Below the pieces are notes generated by a model, which saw only the letters and a program-made list of their open reading frames with translations, was not told the DNA's origin and ran no database searches. From Klebsiella phage vB_KpnM_VPA32, in sequence record OP558005.1: a stretch of DNA of 64,000 bases; one strand, given 5' to 3'. Each line of letters starts with the position of its first letter. The stretch's first letter is position 1. This document shows, piece after piece, positions 31,894 through 40,329 of the stretch. The position numbers and the translations under genes were made by a program.

Positions 31894-31911
31894 GGGAGCC
31901 AAAAGGCTCCC
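31894..31911. terminator. GGGAGCC-AAAA-GGCTCCC bidirectional terminator between gene 54 (+) and the early gene (-)
   Basis: 7-bp stem with A-runs and T-runs on both sides. Confidence 0.65.
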
Positions 31912-31917
31912 TTTGTT

Positions 31918-32208
31918 TTATTTGCGGAACACCACGAAAGCATTTAGAACAACTTCAGAAGATTGCTCAACGTTAGTTACAGTGATTTTAAACGGAACTT
32001 CACCATCGAATTTACCATTCAGAGTATAAGCGATATACCCTTCGCATTTGTCTTCTGGAATTCCGAACGGCGCAAGTGGAACCATTTCAACCATTCCTTT
32101 AGCAATCTTTTGAATCTCGTTAAAGACCATGTTGTTGAATTCGTCAGATACTGGAACTACACCTTCAACTACAGTTTCTTGGCCATTCATACGCAGAATC
32201 GATTTCAT
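31918..32208 (-). CDS. Early hypothetical protein (alt.-1-like position)
   Basis: ATG 32208 with SD GAGGAG. Early promoter immediately upstream. The ORF-table start 32247 is a GTG upstream of the inferred transcription start. Confidence 0.6.
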   Translation of the reverse strand: MKSILRMNGQETVVEGVVPVSDEFNNMVFNEIQKIAKGMVEMVPLAPFGIPEDKCEGYIAYTLNGKFDGEVPFKITVTNVEQSSEVVLNAFVVFRK

Positions 32209-32233
32209 GATGTTCTCCTCAGTTAGTGTAAGT

Positions 32234-32266
32234 CTATAGTAACACACTTCCGTGTGCGTGTAAACG
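32234..32266 (-). promoter_or_regulatory. T4-type early promoter (GTTTAC, 17 nt, TTACTAT) with a CACAC/GTGTG spacer hairpin
   Basis: Minus strand reads AACCGTTTACACGCACACGGAAGTGTGTTACTATA, directly after the alt stop and upstream of ATG 32208. Confidence 0.6.
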
Positions 32267-32267
32267 G

Positions 32268-34403
32268 TTAAAGAACGAACTTCTCTGGAGTGTCTTCAAC
32301 ATCAATCATTGAAGCCAACAGAGCAAGAATCTTGTTGCTTTCCGATGTCTTTGTGGACTTCACAAATCCTTCAAAATCAAATGGACTTGATTCAGGCTGA
32401 GGTTCGTCACTGTATTCTACCACTTCACCAGTTTCCATCAGAACATCGCCGTCATAAACAACAGCTTCGTCTAATTGGTCAGCAGTCATTACTTCGCCTT
32501 GGATGAATTTCTGATTGTCATACACGAGACCATCACTATAAGAAGCATCTACAATGTTGTTGACTTTCAGCATGGTACCACGAGGCAGAATAACTTCCAT
32601 TTCACCTGACATATTACTTAAGTCGCCAGGATAAACCACGTTAACTTTCTCACCGCCGGTAATAGCCCAACCAATCATGACTCTTGTGCTTTCAGCCTGC
32701 TGAACGTCTTTAGCTGCATGAACCTCATCAGTAAGACCTAATTCAGCATAAGTCATAGAAGCTAACTTGACAGTTTCTGCACTGTTATCTGGCTGATTCA
32801 ATACTGCACGAGTATTATCAGAAGCCATTGCAACCGCTTGGTTACCTTTCCAACCGCCAAAGATAATTGGAGATAAAGATGTTGAAACATAGTTTCTGAA
32901 ATAGAATACTCTGTTCTTAACCATAGCTTCAAAAATTGGTTTACGAACTGACTGTGAACGCCATAAGGTAAGTCCTTCTGGAATTCTGTCACCACGTTTA
33001 AATGCATCGTCAAGATTTTTGATAGCAGTAGTAACTTCTTTATAAGACAGTGTATCGTAATTGTCAGCTCTATAACGACCTAAAAGCATATTGTTGATGT
33101 CTGAATAACCGGAACCAACATACTCTTTAATGCCACGTTTTTCTGCATTTGTATATTGAAGAGGCGTACGAGTACGAGTAATATCTTCAATAGTAGCAGA
33201 AACGTTTTTAGCATAACCTTGAAGAGCTGCTTTAATCATTTTGGTACGTTCAATGTTCCAAAGATTGTTAGCCATTTGCTCTTTATCTTTTGGCTCAAGG
33301 TATTGTGGAACTTTAGTCATGATATGTTCCATTGCTTCATGTTTACGTTCTTCTAAAGAGTCCAAAAGAGTTTGAGTATATGCCTGCATACTCTTAACAG
33401 AAGTTAATGGAGCATTGCCAATTCTTGATTCAAGTTCTTTTACGAATCTTTGTTCAAATTTCTCAGATTGGCTCAATTTAATCGTAGTCAACGATTTTAA
33501 ATGGAAAATAGCACCAGTAGCTGCTAATTGAGCAGAACGAGCTTTAGCCGCTTTAGATTCTACTGCATCCTTCAATTGCTGAGCTTCTGGAATAGGATTT
33601 GCCGTTGCGGGTTTACTGAATTCGGCAGCAGTAGCTTCGTATTTTTCAAATTCTTCTGGGTCATGAATAATGTCAGAAGTTAAAGATTGACTTGCTGCTA
33701 CTTGACGACGAGATACCTTAGCACGAGCAATAACAGATTGGTCGGTACGTTTGTCGTTCTCTTGAGCAATAGTAGCTGCTAATGCTTCTGATTTAGAAAC
33801 TTGTTTACCCGACTTATTATTGATGTAAACATCACCGACGGCGGTGTCGACCTTAGTGAACTCTTCTGTTGATATCTCTGGGATGCCAGGGACGGTTGAG
33901 AGGTCAACATTCTTACGATGAATAAGAACATATACGTACTTCTTATCGTAATCATAGAGTTCTTTCAGGATAACAAAACGTCCACCCAGACGACTCATCA
34001 CTAAACGGTTGATAATCATCTGAACTGCTCGTGCTTGTCCACCCATTTTGCTTTTAGCAATACGGAACATTACAGCATCCATTTTGTATTTCTTCACAGT
34101 TTGAGATACTAAGTCAAACATGGTAGAAATAACACCCAATGGATTGCCACCAAGATTTTTAAGCTTAACCAAAGTACCTTTTTCAGATACACCGAGCACA
34201 ATAGCATGCATCATTTTATCACCAGGCTTAACGTTCTTGTTAACGTCTCCGCCGCCAGTGTAAGAACACATACGAAGAGCTACTGAACCTTCTGGAGCAG
34301 CAATAGCAAAAATCTGTGGAATTTTAGTTTTCGGATAAAGATTAGTGACCGGAAGCATTTCTGAATCCGCGTCAAAAACCTCATTTAATTGAAATTCGGT
34401 CAT
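32268..34403 (-). CDS. alt: Alt, a packaged mono-ADP-ribosyltransferase
   Basis: The C-terminal R...STS...E ART signature (TLWRSQ; NYVSTSLSP). ATG 34403 with SD GAGGA; the ORF-table start is a TTG. Late promoter upstream. About 711 aa against 682 in T4. Confidence 0.9.
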   Translation of the reverse strand: MTEFQLNEVFDADSEMLPVTNLYPKTKIPQIFAIAAPEGSVALRMCSYTGGGDVNKNVKPGDKMMHAIVLGVSEKGTLVKLKNLGGNPLGVISTMFDLVSQTVKKYKMDAVMFRIAKSKMGGQARAVQMIINRLVMSRLGGRFVILKELYDYDKKYVYVLIHRKNVDLSTVPGIPEISTEEFTKVDTAVGDVYINNKSGKQVSKSEALAATIAQENDKRTDQSVIARAKVSRRQVAASQSLTSDIIHDPEEFEKYEATAAEFSKPATANPIPEAQQLKDAVESKAAKARSAQLAATGAIFHLKSLTTIKLSQSEKFEQRFVKELESRIGNAPLTSVKSMQAYTQTLLDSLEERKHEAMEHIMTKVPQYLEPKDKEQMANNLWNIERTKMIKAALQGYAKNVSATIEDITRTRTPLQYTNAEKRGIKEYVGSGYSDINNMLLGRYRADNYDTLSYKEVTTAIKNLDDAFKRGDRIPEGLTLWRSQSVRKPIFEAMVKNRVFYFRNYVSTSLSPIIFGGWKGNQAVAMASDNTRAVLNQPDNSAETVKLASMTYAELGLTDEVHAAKDVQQAESTRVMIGWAITGGEKVNVVYPGDLSNMSGEMEVILPRGTMLKVNNIVDASYSDGLVYDNQKFIQGEVMTADQLDEAVVYDGDVLMETGEVVEYSDEPQPESSPFDFEGFVKSTKTSESNKILALLASMIDVEDTPEKFVL

Positions 34404-34426
34404 TATGAGTCCTCTATTGTTTCTTA

Positions 34427-34434
34427 TATTTATA
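34427..34434 (-). promoter_or_regulatory. Late promoter TATAAATA (alt)
   Basis: Minus-strand exact match about 24 nt upstream of the alt ATG 34403. Confidence 0.7.
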
Positions 34435-34442
34435 GACAATTA

Positions 34443-34458
34443 AAGCCCCGAAGGGCTT
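34443..34458 (-). terminator. AAGCCC-CGAA-GGGCTT hairpin at the end of the ligase operon, just upstream of the alt late promoter
   Basis: 6-bp stem. Confidence 0.5.
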
Positions 34459-34675
34459 AGACTGCAATAATATTCCTGAAGATTTCAACTTTTCCGCCAC
34501 CACGAGTAGCAATGACCTCGTGTTTGTTGATTCCTGAAACTCGACCATCTGTAAATGATTCTACTTCACCTTGCGGGCGGAATGGTAATTCGACCAAGCT
34601 CTGTGTTACATTAGCGGCTCGTTCTGAGCCTTCACCTGGGTGAGCAATTGTGATAATCTCTAAATAGAATTTCAT
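34457..34675 (-). CDS. Hypothetical 72-aa protein between ligase and alt
   Basis: True ATG with ATGA overlap on the ligase stop. I recall no equivalent in T4. Confidence 0.55.
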   Translation of the reverse strand: MKFYLEIITIAHPGEGSERAANVTQSLVELPFRPQGEVESFTDGRVSGINKHEVIATRGGGKVEIFRNIIAV

Positions 34676-36126
34676 AGACTAGTAACCTCATGGAAATCGC
34701 CCCAAATATCAGCGAACGTATTTGCTACATCTTTATCACGACGCATTTTAATCGCAATAGGCAAGAACAGTTTGACATAATCCGTCCGGCCTTCAGCAGC
34801 TAACCAGCCATTACATTCGGATTCAAGAATACCACCGATGTATTCATTTTTATTGAGCCAAATGCGAGTACGGTCTAACTCGTGCCAATCTGAAATTTTG
34901 TCTTTAAGACCTGAACCAGCTTTAACTTTAATCAGACCACATTCTGATTCAAGATAAAAACCACCGGCTTTGCCTGGTTGTTTACTATGCTCATAGATAT
35001 CAACAATGCGAAGGTCAATCGTAATAACTTCTTTGAACTTATAAAGGTTTTTAGAACGAGTGTTTTCCCAGAAAGCACCAATGTTCTTCAGGATAATACC
35101 TTCAAGACCTTCATCAACATATTTGCGATAAATGACCTTGGCTTCATCAAGATTATGAACGATGTGGTTCTCAATCAGAATCATCTGAGAGTAACCTTTA
35201 ACCATCAGTTCTAATGCACGGAAGCGAACATCATACGCAAATCCAGATTCTTTACCTTCGGAATAAACAACATCCAACGGAACGTAATCCCATACCTGGA
35301 ATTTCATACCAGCAGCTTCTTTAGCTGAGATAGTTCCTTTCAGAGATTTATTGGCCAACCCGTTTGACATTGTACGGGATTCTTCTTTGAATTCCTTAGC
35401 TTTACTCAGCTCGGGTAAATCACCGAAGATATCGTCCAATGGACCAGCTGGGAGAGTGCTTGCATGATAGACGAGTTCACCATCAATCATTACACCGCCA
35501 GGATGACGTTCACGAGCTTCTTTGGTCATTTCAATGAGTTGTTGTTTTAACAAATCAAGACCAAGATACTCGTTACCCGCTCGGGACAGAATTTTTACAT
35601 CATCTAATTCATCGCCACGAACTTCAGCAAATGCTCGGGCACCATCAGCCTTAAGCTGTGCAAATGCAGGGAACTTAATGTTCTTTTCAATACCTTTTTC
35701 ATCATAAGATGAAGCAAGCATCTGTGGCTGTTCAGGAATTAGATTTTTCCATACTTTATTCGCAATACTACGGGATGCGCCACAGCGCAAATCACGAAGC
35801 AGAACTTTCTTAAGTACTTCTACATCAGCTTCATTTAGGTCTGCAATATAACTTGCCAATTCAGCAATAGCAGCGTTGCCTGTAATTTCACGAGCAGCTA
35901 ATTTAAATTCCAAGAAATCTAAAGCATCATCTAATTTTAATAGACCAAAGCTTTGAGTGCGTTCTCCGGCTTCTGGCCATTTCTTGATGTAATACTGGAG
36001 CTTACCATCATAAGTCATTCTGAATACTCGCTTCAAAAGCTCATTATCTTTATGACGACGAATGATAGCTTCTTTTTCTTTTGTAGAGCCGATTGAAGCA
36101 AGTTCATTGATAATATCTAAAATCAT
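34672..36126 (-). CDS. 30: ATP-dependent DNA ligase gp30
   Basis: MILDIINELASIGSTKEKEAI matches the T4 ligase N-terminus. KADGAR adenylation motif. 484 aa. ATG 36126 with SD GAGGTG. Confidence 0.95.
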   Translation of the reverse strand: MILDIINELASIGSTKEKEAIIRRHKDNELLKRVFRMTYDGKLQYYIKKWPEAGERTQSFGLLKLDDALDFLEFKLAAREITGNAAIAELASYIADLNEADVEVLKKVLLRDLRCGASRSIANKVWKNLIPEQPQMLASSYDEKGIEKNIKFPAFAQLKADGARAFAEVRGDELDDVKILSRAGNEYLGLDLLKQQLIEMTKEARERHPGGVMIDGELVYHASTLPAGPLDDIFGDLPELSKAKEFKEESRTMSNGLANKSLKGTISAKEAAGMKFQVWDYVPLDVVYSEGKESGFAYDVRFRALELMVKGYSQMILIENHIVHNLDEAKVIYRKYVDEGLEGIILKNIGAFWENTRSKNLYKFKEVITIDLRIVDIYEHSKQPGKAGGFYLESECGLIKVKAGSGLKDKISDWHELDRTRIWLNKNEYIGGILESECNGWLAAEGRTDYVKLFLPIAIKMRRDKDVANTFADIWGDFHEVTSL

Positions 36127-36184
36127 ATTCACCTCGTTTATTTTCCCGAGCGGGTATGACAATTATATCATACCCTTTGTAAAG

Positions 36185-36415
36185 CTATTGACCATGATAC
36201 TCACGAATGAGTTCAGCCAAAGTTCGGTGGTAAAGTACTCCACCATTTTTACGAGTAATGTAGATTGCACCATTGAACATTGCATCAATCATTTCACGTT
36301 GCTTTTGATTATCAGCATGAATGTTGCGCGCCTTGAAGAACTCTTCTTTGTTTGCGAAACTTTCAATACGCTTGGTTGTGTCTGTTTGCGGGAACCATTC
36401 AATTACGTTAATCAT
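36185..36415 (-). CDS. Hypothetical protein (30.1-like)
   Basis: Compact 76-aa ORF directly upstream of the ligase. Confidence 0.6.
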   Translation of the reverse strand: MINVIEWFPQTDTTKRIESFANKEEFFKARNIHADNQKQREMIDAMFNGAIYITRKNGGVLYHRTLAELIREYHGQ

Positions 36416-37281
36416 ACTTTACCTATAGTAGTTTTAGCTGTAGGCTGACGATTTAGATATTCAATGCCCGTTCCAATTCCATATCCTACACCTGGATTGT
36501 AAACAGGAAGATTACCTGGATGCTCATACCATGGTTTCAAATCAGAAGGGCCTGGATTTACCCATTTCTTTGGAAATTCTGGAAACTTATCAAATGGCCA
36601 ATTCGGAGTAGTCTTTTCAACCTTTTTGAATAAGTCGCTCAGCTTATCACCAAGGCTTTCCTGGAATTCGCGCTGATTCATCAGACGCTGAACATGTTCC
36701 CAGTTATGCACCTTTTCTCCATATTTAGAGGAGGTGTCTCGCTGACCACGAGGCATGAACATGCAATTGACTTCACCGCCAAAGACCTCATAAGCTGAAT
36801 CTACGTGATGAGGAAGGTCATCAATATAAGCAACAACTCGGTCACCGTACTTCTCTTTGATTTTCTCGAAGAGCTTGGTTTTTGGCTCAGAGTGGTCGCA
36901 GATGAAAGTTTCAAGGAAAGCACCTGGGAACAAAGCGTTCAAGTTGAATTGACGATTCAGTTTAGCATCAACAGAAGTACCAAGCGCAGTAACCGCAACG
37001 AAGTCATACTTATCTTTCAGAGCATTGACAACTTTCAGAGCATCGTCGTATGCTGCCAGATAGCGAATGAAATCTGAGCAATTATATTTGACCATCAGCT
37101 GTTGAGCAAACTCTTCATCTACACCAAATAAATCTTTTGGAGCAACAAACTGGTCATCAATAATCATTTCAAGAATGTGGTGAACAGGCAGATTGTACTT
37201 CTGAGCGAAGTAAGGCAAGCCTGATTGCCACTTTACTAATACACCGTCTACGTCAGTAGTGATAATTGGTTTATTTGACAT
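36412..37281 (-). CDS. HAD-superfamily hydrolase-like protein (30.2-like)
   Basis: N-terminal DVDGVL (HAD motif I, DxDGxL). 289 aa. Confidence 0.7.
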   Translation of the reverse strand: MSNKPIITTDVDGVLVKWQSGLPYFAQKYNLPVHHILEMIIDDQFVAPKDLFGVDEEFAQQLMVKYNCSDFIRYLAAYDDALKVVNALKDKYDFVAVTALGTSVDAKLNRQFNLNALFPGAFLETFICDHSEPKTKLFEKIKEKYGDRVVAYIDDLPHHVDSAYEVFGGEVNCMFMPRGQRDTSSKYGEKVHNWEHVQRLMNQREFQESLGDKLSDLFKKVEKTTPNWPFDKFPEFPKKWVNPGPSDLKPWYEHPGNLPVYNPGVGYGIGTGIEYLNRQPTAKTTIGKV

Positions 37282-37447
37282 TTTTAGCCTTCATTTTAGC
37301 AATCATATAAGCCGCGATACAAGATTTACCCGGCAACGATGGTTGTCCAACTCCACTTAATAGAGTAGTTAACTCTCCTACTTTAATACCGCCGTGATTT
37401 AAGCGTTTTAAAACATCAAGACCTTTCATATCATATTTGACTTGCAT
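37271..37447 (-). CDS. Small ORF, 58 aa, not in the ORF track
   Basis: MQVKYDMKGLDVLKRL... ATG 37447. Overlaps the 30.2-like start by 11 nt in another frame. Confidence 0.3.
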   Translation of the reverse strand: MQVKYDMKGLDVLKRLNHGGIKVGELTTLLSGVGQPSLPGKSCIAAYMIAKMKAKNVK

Positions 37448-37647
37448 AACATTTTCTCAAAGGTTGCGATACTGTTAGCTGGGCCACTTAGAGTTATTTC
37501 TATGAACCCAGGCTGACTTGAAGGACCAATTCTGTATATACATATGGCTAATGTTCTTGCGTATTCCAGAAGGTCCTTCGTTAACCCTCTTACATTAAAC
37601 TGTTTCATAAACTTCGTCATTAGCAGCTTTAAGAGGTTCGATTTCAC
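37426..37647 (-). CDS. Hypothetical small protein, 73 aa
   Basis: Part of a chain of overlapping small minus-strand ORFs. Start uncertain. Confidence 0.35.
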   Translation of the reverse strand: MKSNLLKLLMTKFMKQFNVRGLTKDLLEYARTLAICIYRIGPSSQPGFIEITLSGPANSIATFEKMLCKSNMI

Positions 37648-37798
37648 ATTCTAAACGAATATCAGTATTCCCGTCAACCCATTGTACTTCATAAGCGGGT
37701 TGAACCCCATATTCTGGGATTGCTTTGGCAGTATCACAGATGACTCCCGGAATACCGCCTTTGCGCAGCTGTACGGGTTGTAAAATGTGGTATTTCAT
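37595..37798 (-). CDS. Hypothetical small protein, 67 aa
   Basis: ATG 37798 with ATGA coupling to the upstream small ORF. Confidence 0.5.
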   Translation of the reverse strand: MKYHILQPVQLRKGGIPGVICDTAKAIPEYGVQPAYEVQWVDGNTDIRLECEIEPLKAANDEVYETV

Positions 37799-37962
37799 TC
37801 TGCCACCGCATAAGTTGGAATTTGATGAAAGAAATCAGGGCATTCAAGCTGATACTTGACTTCTGTATCAGAGACAGTTACGCCCAGCACTTCAATCATT
37901 GGATTGCTCAACATGCCGCGTTCAAATTCAGGTGCTTTATTACGAGGAATAGTGATAATCAT
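37795..37962 (-). CDS. Small ORF, 55 aa, not in the ORF track
   Basis: MIITIPRNKAPEFERGMLSNPMIEVLGV... SD GGAG 8 nt upstream. TAATG with the upstream gene and ATGA with the downstream gene. Confidence 0.4.
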   Translation of the reverse strand: MIITIPRNKAPEFERGMLSNPMIEVLGVTVSDTEVKYQLECPDFFHQIPTYAVAE

Positions 37963-38432
37963 TACAGAGTCTCCAATACAGTTTTAACTTTAGCTTCAGC
38001 AACTTGTTTAACAACCAGAACACGAACACCTTCAACTGCATTACGAATTTGCTTTTGAGCTTTTTCGTTAGCTTCCTCTTCAGTGTAAGGACCAACGCAG
38101 AAAGGCTGTTGCGAGCGATTAGTTGGAATAGTCATCATCCAGAAATCTTTTGCATCAGACTCTGTTGGTTTAACTTCTTCAAGGTACCGTGAAATCTCTT
38201 GAGACATAATGATACACCATACTGTGTCAAATGAACCCAATCCAGACTGATGAAGAGAACCGTTAATATCAATAGCTGTTATGCAACCGTCTTTATCAAG
38301 AGATTTTACAACGAACGGAATTTTTCCGTTGTCAGTAAGTTTAAGAATTGCATCACCAAAGCACGACTGACGAGAAGCATAATCTTTGATAGCAGTTCCA
38401 GTTAACTTGAAAGTTTTTCCAATTATACTCAT
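37962..38432 (-). CDS. Hypothetical protein, 156 aa
   Basis: ATG 38432 with SD GAGGAAAT. The ORF-table start is a GTG. Terminator-like hairpin upstream. Confidence 0.6.
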   Translation of the reverse strand: MSIIGKTFKLTGTAIKDYASRQSCFGDAILKLTDNGKIPFVVKSLDKDGCITAIDINGSLHQSGLGSFDTVWCIIMSQEISRYLEEVKPTESDAKDFWMMTIPTNRSQQPFCVGPYTEEEANEKAQKQIRNAVEGVRVLVVKQVAEAKVKTVLETL

Positions 38433-38450
38433 AAATATTTCCTCAAGTGA

Positions 38451-38466
38451 AGGGCCCGAAGGCCCT
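38451..38466 (-). terminator. AGGGCC-CGAA-GGCCCT hairpin
   Basis: 6-bp stem with a tetraloop between two hypothetical genes. Confidence 0.5.
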
Positions 38467-38470
38467 AAAT

Positions 38471-38833
38471 TTAGATTACGAATTCGTTTGAAACGATATC
38501 CCAAATTGCTTCACGTTGTTCTTCAGTTGTTTTCTGACCAAGAACATGACGCAGATAAAGTTTAACCAGAAGTTTGCGATTGTCTCCGTTCCAAGAAGGA
38601 TGAGTTCCTAAATCGCGTTTACGGTGGTCATCATGAAAACCAACAGAAATGACTGAACCTTTGAGTTTAACATCTAAAGTTGGGCCATTTTCAAAACTGA
38701 TGAAGACGTAGTTATCTTCCCAGTACATATCGATTTGAGCAACTGTGCCATTTTTATGTTCCCAGAGTAAAGTTGTTGAAACGTCCCATGCATTATCTTG
38801 AACGTATTTCTTTTTGAAGTTAGCGTAATCCAT
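38471..38833 (-). CDS. Hypothetical early protein, 120 aa
   Basis: ATG 38833 with SD GGAG. Early promoter at 38871-38901. Confidence 0.6.
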   Translation of the reverse strand: MDYANFKKKYVQDNAWDVSTTLLWEHKNGTVAQIDMYWEDNYVFISFENGPTLDVKLKGSVISVGFHDDHRKRDLGTHPSWNGDNRKLLVKLYLRHVLGQKTTEEQREAIWDIVSNEFVI

Positions 38834-38870
38834 TTTGTTCTCCGTTGTATCTGTTTGTTTATTGAGTTTA

Positions 38871-38901
38871 TATACTAACACATACAACGGAGGATGTAAA
38901 C
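38871..38901 (-). promoter_or_regulatory. T4-type early promoter
   Basis: Minus strand: CCGTTTACATCCTCCGTTGTATGTGTTAGTATA. Confidence 0.55.
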
Positions 38902-38904
38902 GGT

Positions 38905-39426
38905 TTAGTTCACTTCTGTGAAAATTGTTTGAGGAACGTACTCGGTTTTGGCAGTTGCAATCATCTTCATAATGATAGCTTTACCTTCAATGTTTTTACG
39001 CAAGAACGACTTGCACGCATCATGAACTTCTTCGGACGTCATAAGAATAGCTATGGAACGCTCGTCCCCTACTTGGTCCAGATTCAACCAAACGTTTTCT
39101 TTCTTAGTCTGGCCTAAAGCTACATACATCACTTCAACGGTCTTTTCTTCAACCTCAACCAGGAAATTTCTGACTTCAGTGCCGGTGAACCAAGGACATG
39201 AATCACCATTCATACCGTCAATTTCAGCACCTTTTGGACTAATCCAACCTTCATTTTCAAATCGGATAAGACCTACAGAACCACTTGCAATAGCTTCGCC
39301 TTTTGCAATGTAAAAAGACTTATCACCGATATACTCAGCAATAAGCTGATTCACTCTCTGATTACAACCTTCGGTGGATTTTAAAAAGCCTTCTTTTTCT
39401 AAGCGGTACAGAACATCACTTTTCAT
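38905..39426 (-). CDS. Hypothetical protein, 173 aa
   Basis: ATG 39426 with SD GAGGAA. Flanked by GC hairpins. Confidence 0.6.
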   Translation of the reverse strand: MKSDVLYRLEKEGFLKSTEGCNQRVNQLIAEYIGDKSFYIAKGEAIASGSVGLIRFENEGWISPKGAEIDGMNGDSCPWFTGTEVRNFLVEVEEKTVEVMYVALGQTKKENVWLNLDQVGDERSIAILMTSEEVHDACKSFLRKNIEGKAIIMKMIATAKTEYVPQTIFTEVN

Positions 39427-39438
39427 AGTTTCCTCATA

Positions 39439-39452
39439 AGGCCCGAAGGCCT
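39439..39452 (-). terminator. AGGCC-CGAA-GGCCT hairpin
   Basis: 5-bp stem with a tetraloop. Confidence 0.45.
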
Positions 39453-39825
39453 AGAACATTTTGCGTTCGGTCCAGTTATCAAGATTAACTGTACCAGTTT
39501 TCTTCATTTTCTCAATCAAGTTATCTGCACGAGTGCGTCCATTTTCATACCACACTACATCTTCAGAATAACCATCTTCGTCTTCATAAGTTTCTGAACG
39601 AACGTGACCGTGAATGCTTGTTTTCAAAACGTATTCAGTGCCGGTGAACCAGTTAGTCAGAACAATGTACCAGCAGAAATCAGTAGATGGACCGTCAGGA
39701 GTCATGCAGTGAACTACATCTCCTTGCCATGAGGACAGATGCCACATTGGCTCTTCTACTTCAATTGCTTTATATCCGTCATGGTCTTTCGTTTTGATTT
39801 TAGCGTTCAGATTAATTGTGTTCAT
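39451..39825 (-). CDS. Hypothetical early protein, 124 aa
   Basis: ATG 39825 with AACGGAGAATAAA leader. Early promoter at 39861-39891. Confidence 0.6.
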   Translation of the reverse strand: MNTINLNAKIKTKDHDGYKAIEVEEPMWHLSSWQGDVVHCMTPDGPSTDFCWYIVLTNWFTGTEYVLKTSIHGHVRSETYEDEDGYSEDVVWYENGRTRADNLIEKMKKTGTVNLDNWTERKMF

Positions 39826-39860
39826 TTTATTCTCCGTTACAATATTGGTTATTGAGATTC

Positions 39861-39891
39861 TATCATAACACAACTTTTGGCAGATGTAAAC
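39861..39891 (-). promoter_or_regulatory. T4-type early promoter
   Basis: Minus strand: AACCGTTTACATCTGCCAAAAGTTGTGTTATGATA, upstream of ATG 39825. Confidence 0.55.
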
Positions 39892-39893
39892 GG

Positions 39894-40097
39894 TTAGAGT
39901 TTTTCGCAACTATGATATTCAGTATCTGTCCAAATACCAAATGACGGCAATGATTCTAGCATTGAGTTTCCGACTTTAACTGGGTCTTCCCATGGCCAAA
40001 GTGTATCAATCTTTTCATAGAAAAAGATTGAATCCATATGTGAATATTCTGCTGGGTATTCTGATGTAACTTTAAAAATAAATTTACGCTTAAACAT
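39894..40097 (-). CDS. Hypothetical protein, 67 aa
   Basis: ATG 40097 with SD AGAGG. Hairpin upstream. Confidence 0.55.
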   Translation of the reverse strand: MFKRKFIFKVTSEYPAEYSHMDSIFFYEKIDTLWPWEDPVKVGNSMLESLPSFGIWTDTEYHSCEKL

Positions 40098-40118
40098 ATG
40101 AACCTCTTAAACAAAAAA

Positions 40119-40138
40119 GGGACTCCCGAAGGAGTCCC
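40119..40138 (-). terminator. GGGACTCC-CGAA-GGAGTCCC hairpin after the basic 59-aa ORF
   Basis: 8-bp perfect stem. T-run on the minus strand. Confidence 0.6.
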
Positions 40139-40149
40139 GAACTTATGCT

Positions 40150-40329
40150 TTATGCTTTCTTACGTGGATTACCAAATGCAGCATCATGAGCAATAACTTT
40201 GCGAGCGCGAGATGCTAGCTGGTCAGCCAATGGATTAATACGAGAGTTAGACCCACGCTTGTAGCCAGCGCGTTTAGAGGTACCAACAACTTCTTTTACT
40301 GCAGTTTTTGCTTTAGCTTGTTTAGCCAT
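40150..40329 (-). CDS. Small Lys/Arg/Ala-rich basic protein, 59 aa, not in the ORF track
   Basis: MAKQAKAKTAVKEVVGTSKRAGYKRGSNSRINPLADQLASRARKVIAHDAAFGNPRKKA. Followed by a strong GC hairpin. ATG 40329. Confidence 0.5.
   Translation of the reverse strand: MAKQAKAKTAVKEVVGTSKRAGYKRGSNSRINPLADQLASRARKVIAHDAAFGNPRKKA

Noticed and set aside
36062-36448. 128-aa plus-strand ORF
   Set aside because: It is antisense to the 30.1-like gene and the ligase 5' region, with no start signals.
37629-37641. tRNA T-loop-like GGTTCGATTTC
   Set aside because: No acceptor or anticodon stems can be built around it. It sits inside a coding ORF.
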